Positions 56,581 through 64,000 of a stretch of 64,000 bases of DNA are shown here, in pieces. The notes below the pieces were generated by a model, which searched no databases, was not told the origin of the DNA, and was given only the letters and a program-made list of their open reading frames with translations. The stretch comes from Anthoceros angustus (Eukaryota > Plantae > Anthocerotophyta): the NCBI GenBank assembly GCA_010909165.1, contig MU008166.1, positions 434,001 through 498,000 on the forward strand, written 5' to 3'. A program made the translations under genes and the position numbers. Numbering within the stretch: the stretch's first letter is position 1; each line of letters begins with the position of its first letter.

Positions 56581-59385
56581 TCGCGCTCTCTGTTGGTGCT
56601 GTCGTCGGAGCATCCGATCTGTGGGGCGAAGGACACGGCGTCGGGAGCCGGGTGCGGCCATTTTACGTTCCCGGGGCTCCAGGCACACGGATTCCCGAAC
56701 ACGGCCGCACGGACGCGCTCTCCTTCCGAACATGCGCAGCCGAGCGACGCGCTTCATTTAAAACGTGCGCCACCGGGCACCGTAGGTAACCGTGTTCCCC
56801 TTGCCCTGATTCCTGTCGGGCGTATGCACATACACATGTATATACGCTCACTCCTCTACCCTGTACAAGGATCAACAAATCAACTCGTTTTTGGCTGCAA
56901 AGTACCACGCACATGGCACTGCCACGCCGGCACGTGATACGCTTTGCGCTTGTCCTCTCTCGTCCTTCCCGCAAGCCAGGGGAAGCTTCCACCTGGGTGC
57001 GCGGGGCCCACCACCATTATCACCCCGGTATGTACTGTATCCGCTTTGTCTCGATATCCGAGGCAACTAATACTACGCGTCGAGGTGTCGCCCGCAGGCC
57101 ACGTGTGTCTGCGACAGGCAGCACTGTAGCACAGCACATGTAGGGGCCGGGGGCATCTTGTTCCCGTCGCCACCAGCGTGCAAGCAGTTCCCGAATCCCG
57201 TTCCGGGTTTGGGAAGAGCGAAATTAATTTTTCTTTTGATTTTTAAAATAACTTAAATGTCGATCTTTTCAAATTACAAGACCATTGAATTACGAAGCAG
57301 CCACACATTCTTGGAAGGGTTTAGCTAAGGCTAGGGGAAAAGGCTGTTTGTGTTGGTAACCGTGATGTGGGCGCCATGTACGCGGATTGGACTGTCAAGT
57401 CTGGGAGATGACCACGCGCGCAGCAAGCGATTTCGAAATGGAAGAGATCGAAGTATGAAAACGGGTTTGCTGTGAGAAGCTCGCCCTCCGATTTGTACAT
57501 GGCCACCAGTTCTTGAACGGAGCCATAGGTCTATGGCTGCTAGCTTCTTTTATTCTAAGACGTGTTCATTCCTCAATTCCAAGACTTGGAAAGGCGGAGA
57601 ATGGAGCCTGGGGTTGTAAGGGACGTAGGTAGAGCAGACAACACACCATTCATGCTTGAATCATCCATGTTATGAAAAGTAGGAAAAGTTTAACACATCG
57701 AGAAGTGGTGTTGAAATGTGTGGAGCAGCTTAATAGTAGGTTCAAGCCCAATATCAAGATGATCAAAAGGAGGATTGATGTATTTTTTCTCTCTAAATAT
57801 TTGGAGCGTGTTAGATATTTAGCTTGATAGACATAACTTGCTGGCAGGATTGTATACATTAAACTATTCAACTGTTAGTGAAACCAACCACGTGGATTAA
57901 GGACTAACCACACATAAGAGATCGGATGCCACTGAAGACCATACGGCCACAGGATATGTGCCTTGTGCCTAATCTAACCTGTACATGATGTTATCACACG
58001 ATTGTGTAGAAAGGTGGGTTGCCCATAGTTTACACAACCATTAAGTCATCAACAACAAAAAAAAAACAAACTCCTGGGAATTCTACACTGAATTAAGAAC
58101 ATGTTGACACTTAACCTACTAGTTTGCAAAACAAACATTAATGAGTCTCAAGAAAAATTGATAAAACTTACCCAAAATATTATTTTCAGAAGAGGTCATT
58201 ATCCCATCTGCATGAAAAGGATAAGAAAAGAAAGATTCTTGAAGGGAGTGTTGAAACTTCTGTAGTTTCATATATAGATGGGGTACTCTATGGACGTTGG
58301 GTTAGCTAGCACACACGTACACTCATGACAAAGTTAATGCAGACTCGATATCTCATTATTCAGCAAAGCCTCGTATCTGTCTATTTGTAAGACGTAGGAC
58401 AATTCAAAGTGAGCAGGTAATGATTCCACAATAGCTTTCTGATGTGGAACGGAATAGCCTGTGCCAATGCGATGCTTCAGGCCATAGGCAAGGACTTATG
58501 ATGGTTTATCAAGGATTGTGCTAAAGCATACCACATAGAATTTGCAAGAATAGGGTAGATCTCTCTCTATCCTCTGTGATGGCATGCATTCTTCTGGCAA
58601 TAAGTACGGAACGTGGGCCATGCAACACCTTCAACCCTGGTGGTAAGTAGGCCGTTCCCTATTCCCAATTATGACGTCTTGGGAGCCATAGGTAGCTTCA
58701 AAATAGACTATCACCAGGGCTAATCCCTTTGGCCTAAGGCATAGACAGGCCTGAGCAGTCTAGAGGGTTGTTTCCCATCGCACCGGTGTAGATGAGAATT
58801 CCCTATTTCTGCAAATTTATATAGTCTCTTGTTTCATATAATAGATAGAATTCCTATCTCAACAAATTTATAAAGTCTCCTGTTTCATAGGGAGGTCGTG
58901 GAAATTGAAACTGGTTTTTTGAAATGTGGACCCCGGTCGGGGCACGCTGGAATCCCTTGGGCGAGTTATTCCACGGGAGATGAGTTGAATTGCTCTGCTC
59001 GACCGTGCTCTTGTTTCACGTCTGGACATAGCTTTGCATGTGCTTTGGTTGTTGGCGGTGAGGGACACACACACGCCATATTTACAGGGACACGACAGTC
59101 TGCTTAACAACATCCCGGAGAAAGCAATTAAGGGCACAAGTGGTCGACCCCCATTGTCTACAATGGTCCCTGTATGCACGGCCGGAATTCATAGGATAGT
59201 GGTGCCAGTGATATGGCTAATACCTCGATCCAAAAGGAAGCGAGCGGGAACCGACTGCTAGATCCCTGTCTGCACGGTAGAGATGTCCTGGATAGCACCA
59301 GGCAATCTCACCACTGTTCATGCTCCTCAAACCCACCTTGTACCTGAGACCGCTCCAATTGACAAAGCAATATTCGAACGTAGTA

Positions 59386-60930
59386 TCACTTGGACATCCA
59401 ATAAATAAGCAGGATGAGAGTGCATATAGCAATCACCGCAGAGAGTATCAACGTATCCTTGGACCTTTTCCGCTTGATGGCTCCTGCTCCAGGAAGCCGC
59501 ACAAGTTAAGAACATATGATATCAGAGCTTTATTAAAGGCCACGAGCAATATGCGGTTAACTTAGCAAGTGGTACAGAAGAATCACCTAGGAGGCCACGG
59601 ACAACGGGAAAGCGATCGCTCAGCTGCTTCACTTTGCTCTGAATTTCCATGAATGATGTCCTTTGGGCTGTCAAGGCTCCCTTTGTTGCCTGTGCTTGGT
59701 TGATTACATCATCTATCTGCATTGTTGCATACTTGCCACTACAATAATAAGAACCGGCAAAGTGAAAATTGTCCAGAACTCTGCAAGTCAGATGACTTGA
59801 AAACATGCATATCTGTAGCACAATCATACCTGATTAATGCTGCCATGGATAGTTCCACGTTCTCTGAGCAGGCTGGGTACTGGTGACAAGCTCCCAGAGG
59901 CCTGACAAGGAAGCGCAATCATGGCAAGATTTCTTAAACAAGATAGGTACCGATGCCAAGCTTCTGAAAGCCTAACACAATTCAAAATGGCTATGTTTGA
60001 TATTTCCTACATATATCTTCCCCGACATGCCAGAGCAAACAAGACTCTTTAAGTGACATATCCATGCCCCTCCTTCGAGAGGACAATAATTTGATTGCTA
60101 ACTCCTTGCACCTTGTATTCACTGATGTCATTGCGGACTGAAGTTAATAGCTCCGCATGTTCCCGCATTGATGTGATGTTACCTCGTGTGCGTCGGAACT
60201 CCTGCTTACAGACCAAAGGATAAGTCTTCAGAGAACCGGGCAGAATGGCACGTATGGCCTGACATGGCAACGCACCTGAGTAAATTCATGCAGAATATCT
60301 CTGTGCCGTGCAAGCTTCTGTGTCACAGAAGTTGTTGTTGTAGCAGCGGCAACACACCGACTCATGGAGTCATTGATGTCCAACAGCTTCTCCAATAATG
60401 ATTCAATTTCCATCTCCATGGACTTCCAAGATCCATCCCCTCCAAGACCTTCACCTGATGATCCAGAATCAACATAACCTGAAACAGAAACACAGAAGGC
60501 ATAAATTTTTCGTCAACTAGAATGAATCCATTCGCCTCGTTCCATATCTTGCATGCCCACTAATCGGAACACAATGGTACTGTTAAGATCTCACAGGCTA
60601 ATACGACATCCATCATCACAACCAAAGCAAAAGCCCGCTGCCACGATGCCAGATAAACGAGAGGGTTTTAACCATTTCAGGTAGCAGCTTATCAAATGAA
60701 CGACCTCCAAAAGCAGCTCAAGTGCAGACCAAACGCCAACGGCTTGTAACTTCTAAAGCCAGTCATATCGGCATCCTGTCATCCTGGAGAACAAGTGAGG
60801 GATCAAGTGAAATACCTCCATGTGCCAGCATTCCTCCCAGCTTGGCATAGGAAGACAGTTTAACATCCAGATCTCCCTCTATTTTTCGAGCTTCTTTCCT
60901 CAGCTCCTCCCAATTCGCGTCTCCTTCCAT
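59386..60930 (-). CDS. GOS12: Golgi SNARE GOS12 / GOSR1 (Qb-SNARE), multi-exon
   Basis: MEGDANWEELRKEARKIEGDLDVKLSSYAKLG, SWKSMEMEIESLLEKLLDINDSMSRC, QKLARHRDILHEFTQ|EFRRTRGNI, IDDVINQAQATK, and C-terminal AIKRKRSKDTLILSAVIAICTLILLIYWMSK*. Confidence 0.95.
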
Positions 60931-63650
60931 TTTCGCACCACCTGCAGCTTGACCTACAAAGCTCCTGTGACTGTAAATCAGCCCTAGATTCCTAATTCAG
61001 ATCTCGAGGGCCTCCCTTCTGGAACTCCAAGATCATCCGATGTGCTTCACGAATTCACGGTATCCAGCAGACCTCTGAACGAGTGGGGGCAAAGCCACCT
61101 GCACATTCATTCCAGACCACAGTCCGATCCCGAAGAAAAACGCCACGGCTCCTCGCAATTCCAACAAAGAACGCGTGCAAGCCGCACACTAACCAGCACA
61201 GGCTGCAGGCCAGAAGCTCATTTTCCGCCAAAGAACAGGCCACACAACCTCCCAAGCCTACGCCTAATCCTAATCCTACTCCCGATCATCACACCACATC
61301 CCTCCCAGCCACCTGAGTCTAGACAACTCCATCCTCGCCCTTCAATCTGCCCTACTGGAAGCCGTTCTGATCATCGCGCTGACCACGCGCCTCAATCTGT
61401 GAGGCTGCGCATCGGCCAAGTGTGGGCAGAAAACAAAATGCGGAGCTCGGAATTTCCAGAGGCGGCCCCGAATTGGCTGGCTCCTGTGAGTCGTGATCGG
61501 CCGAGCGGCTCCTCCACTGACCACAGCGAGGAGCAAGAGATGACGTCCTCTTGCCGAGCCTAGTCGCCGGGGTCAGCCGAATTCCGAGTCCCGGGCCTAA
61601 CTTAGGTTAGGAGCGAGACCCAAGGTTTACTCCGCGGCGTGACTTCCTTCTGCCTTAGGGATTGGCGTTGGGCACTGGGCAACGGATGTGGAGCAAATGG
61701 CAACGTCTGATGACGCCTCTGCCGTATCTTGTGAAAACTGCTGCGCGGGAGGGTCTCAGAGTGGCCATGCTCTGCCTCGCAGCTTCAGGGTCGTGAGGCT
61801 GCCAGATCCTTTGTTTCGGATCGGGGATTCGGCAGAGACTTAAGCTGGGGCATGTGAGCGGAGCAGGCCATCACGGGCAGTGCAGCAGCTGGAGGCCAGG
61901 GTGGCTGTGAACCGGGTTGCACGAGTTCTGTCTGTCAGCAGCCGGACCTGGTTCCTACGGGGAGCTGGAGTTCAGGTTGTCATTAGGTTACCCGAGTGAC
62001 GGTCCAAACTCCAGCTCCCCGCAGGAACCAGGAATGAGAACCAGACGCCCCCGACCTGCAAATACCCTAGTAGTTGGGTATATGCCCCGACGCCATCACA
62101 GCCGCCAGCGCTCAGAACACTGTGGGTGTGCAGTGGGTCGTGAGTGTGCAGATGCATGTCGATGGGTGTGCTGAGCTCTCGCTTGTTGTTTGACGCGTGC
62201 AGGGAATTTATGTTGTGCCTGCAGAGTTTTTTTGAGACCCAGATCAATTCGGTACTTCCAGACATCGGTGCAGGTGAGGTAACATAATTTCCCTTGGAGA
62301 ACTATCGAAGGTGCATGCGAAAGTACAGTTCAGTTTTTTTTGTATCGGCATTTTGTTTGCTCTTTGTTGGCGGAAATTAACAGATGGCTTGTTAAGTCTC
62401 ATTGAAACCGTTGTACTTGAGTGTTTGTGTTGCTGAGATGTACTGTTCCCTATAGCAGATTTGGTGACTTCGAATGTAGTAGAGGTTGGAGGTCATGGCA
62501 TGTGGTTGAGACATCATTCGTCCAGCTCGAACTGAGTAGATGGAAGGAGAGTGGAAAGTGCAAATTTCTTCCAATGTGTGGTGATGTGTCGATTCATCAA
62601 GCTGAACAGTCGGAGCTGGTTGTAATAGCCTGTGTTGACATTTATCTTCCACCTTTTGAGCACTGAGGTCTGGCTAGCTCAAAGGTTCGGGGTTTGTGGT
62701 TTGCGAAGTCAGATTTGTGAATGTTACGTACACGAATGGTCCTCCGCAGTGATGATTATGCTACTTCTGACACCTCTTGTTTGAGTGTCTCTGTAAAGAG
62801 GCTCAATGAACGGTGATGCATATCTCTGAGCATGAATGAAAGTCGGTTGTAGTGCGTAGACCGCTCCTGTGTCAGTTAAGTGCCATGCAAGGTCACTCTG
62901 CCAAAGCCTCCTTAGTGGGTCTGTGGCAAAGTTTTCTCTTGCCACAAGTCTAACCAGCCCACTCACTCGTACCGAACTTTGTTATGATGTGTTTGCCTAA
63001 GGTTCTGGGTACATGCAATCCCCCCTGAACTGGTCTCGCGGTATCTAGGGACTTGTTGAATGCTGGGACTGGAGATTTCCGTGGATGATAACCGTCATAC
63101 CTTTCTCCATCGGACAGGAAGAGTGATGAAATGGCGATTATGCTGAGGAAATTTCGCATGTCTTCAGTGGAAGTCATGATCTTTGCCCTAGGCAACCCGT
63201 CGGGGTTTGTCATCTTAGTGACCTGCGCATTTGTTGATCAGGTGAATCTCTTGGGCGAATGGATTCTGGTTTGTTTGCTCTGGTAAGCTAAGGGATGCCC
63301 ATAAGGCGTGTATCATGAAGTGATTTGGATCAACATTGTCATGACTGGTATATGAAGCTCAGAGTTCCGTCAGGCTGACGTTTGTTTGCCTCTTCGGGTA
63401 TACCCTCTCCGAGCTTTTGGACAAGGTGATGGTCTCCCACCAACTGGCCTTCTCCGGATCTGATTCGTCAGGGCCTGGTAGATATTGGGATCATCCCATT
63501 CTTCCCCATTTCCATGGAGCTCCTTGAGGATGATCATCTCATATTGTCCAAACGAGTGTGGAAAAATAGGATGTTAGGCGTTAAAAAGAACTTTGTGAAG
63601 TAACTCCCTGCTCCCTTTCAAGGTGAAGTTGGAATCTGGTCCGAGAGTTT

Positions 63651-64000
63651 AGGTGACCCTAGCGGACTCGATTGTTCTGCACTCTACACTGCCTTCCTGA
63701 TCAGGTGACCCTAGTGGACTCGATTGGTCTGCACTCTGCACTGCCTTCCTGACTAGGTGACCCTAGTGGACTTGATTGGTCTGCACTCTCTGTACTGCTT
63801 TCCTGACTAGGTGACCCTAGTGGACTTGATTGGTCTGCACTCTTTGTACTGCCTTCCTGATTAGGTGACCCTAGTGGACTTGATTGGTCTGCACTCTCTG
63901 TACTGCTTTCCTGACTAGGTGACCCTAGTGGACTTGATTGGTCTGCACTCTCTGTACTGCCTTCCTGACTAGGTGACCCTAGTGGACTTGATTGGTCTGC
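63651..64000. repeat. 52-54 bp minisatellite, at least 6.5 copies, continues past window end
   Basis: Unit aggtgaccctagtggacttgattggtctgcactc(tc)tgtactgc(c/t)ttcctgact starts at 63651, 63703, 63755, 63809, 63863, 63917 and 63971. Confidence 0.95.

Noticed and set aside
55088-56761. Plus-strand ORFs of 197, 344 and 350 aa
   Set aside because: Antisense shadows of the GC-rich ERF gene, with no recognisable motifs.
57521-57538. Short palindrome agccatag-gt-ctatggct
   Set aside because: An 8-bp stem is expected by chance in 64 kb and has no supporting context.
61042-62666. Scattered ORFs upstream of GOS12
   Set aside because: No recognisable domain or splice-consistent model; left unannotated.
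1-64000. tRNA, rRNA or autonomous transposase/RT genes
   Set aside because: No cloverleaf, rRNA signature, or RT/integrase/transposase motifs were recognised by eye.

Overview
Gene-dense nuclear DNA of a non-seed land plant. Introns are spliceosomal and mostly 80-200 nt, several genes sit head-to-head, and there is a GRP-type DYW:KP PPR gene. This combination is most consistent with a hornwort or another U-to-C-editing lineage (inference). Genes in order: a PLS-class PPR gene with an N-terminal OSB-type PDF motif (runs off the window start); an 8-exon secreted vanadium-haloperoxidase-like gene; two paralogous secreted His/Pro-rich proteins; a fold-back element; intronless KOBITO1-like; a DM13/DOMON/cytochrome b561 gene; a PLS-E-DYW:KP PPR gene; PGPP1-like HAD phosphatase; a small conserved basic protein; argininosuccinate synthase; a divergent MAX2-like F-box/LRR gene; a coiled-coil gene; DRT111/SPF45; a large disordered protein with a thrice-repeated LALPSYAGEG motif; a calcineurin-B/NCS-like EF-hand gene; intronless PAO; a decayed zone (DYW:KP fragment, F-box-like relics, repeats); an AP2/ERF gene with a repeat-containing uORF; GOS12; and a terminal 52-54 bp minisatellite. 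The most notable signals are the intron-containing haloperoxidase-like gene with all vanadate-binding residues, the PDF-PPR fusion, and the His-rich repeat proteins next to apoplastic redox genes. Gene models were spliced by eye and family names come from motif recognition, not database searches. Some frameshifts in GC-rich homopolymers look like assembly errors.
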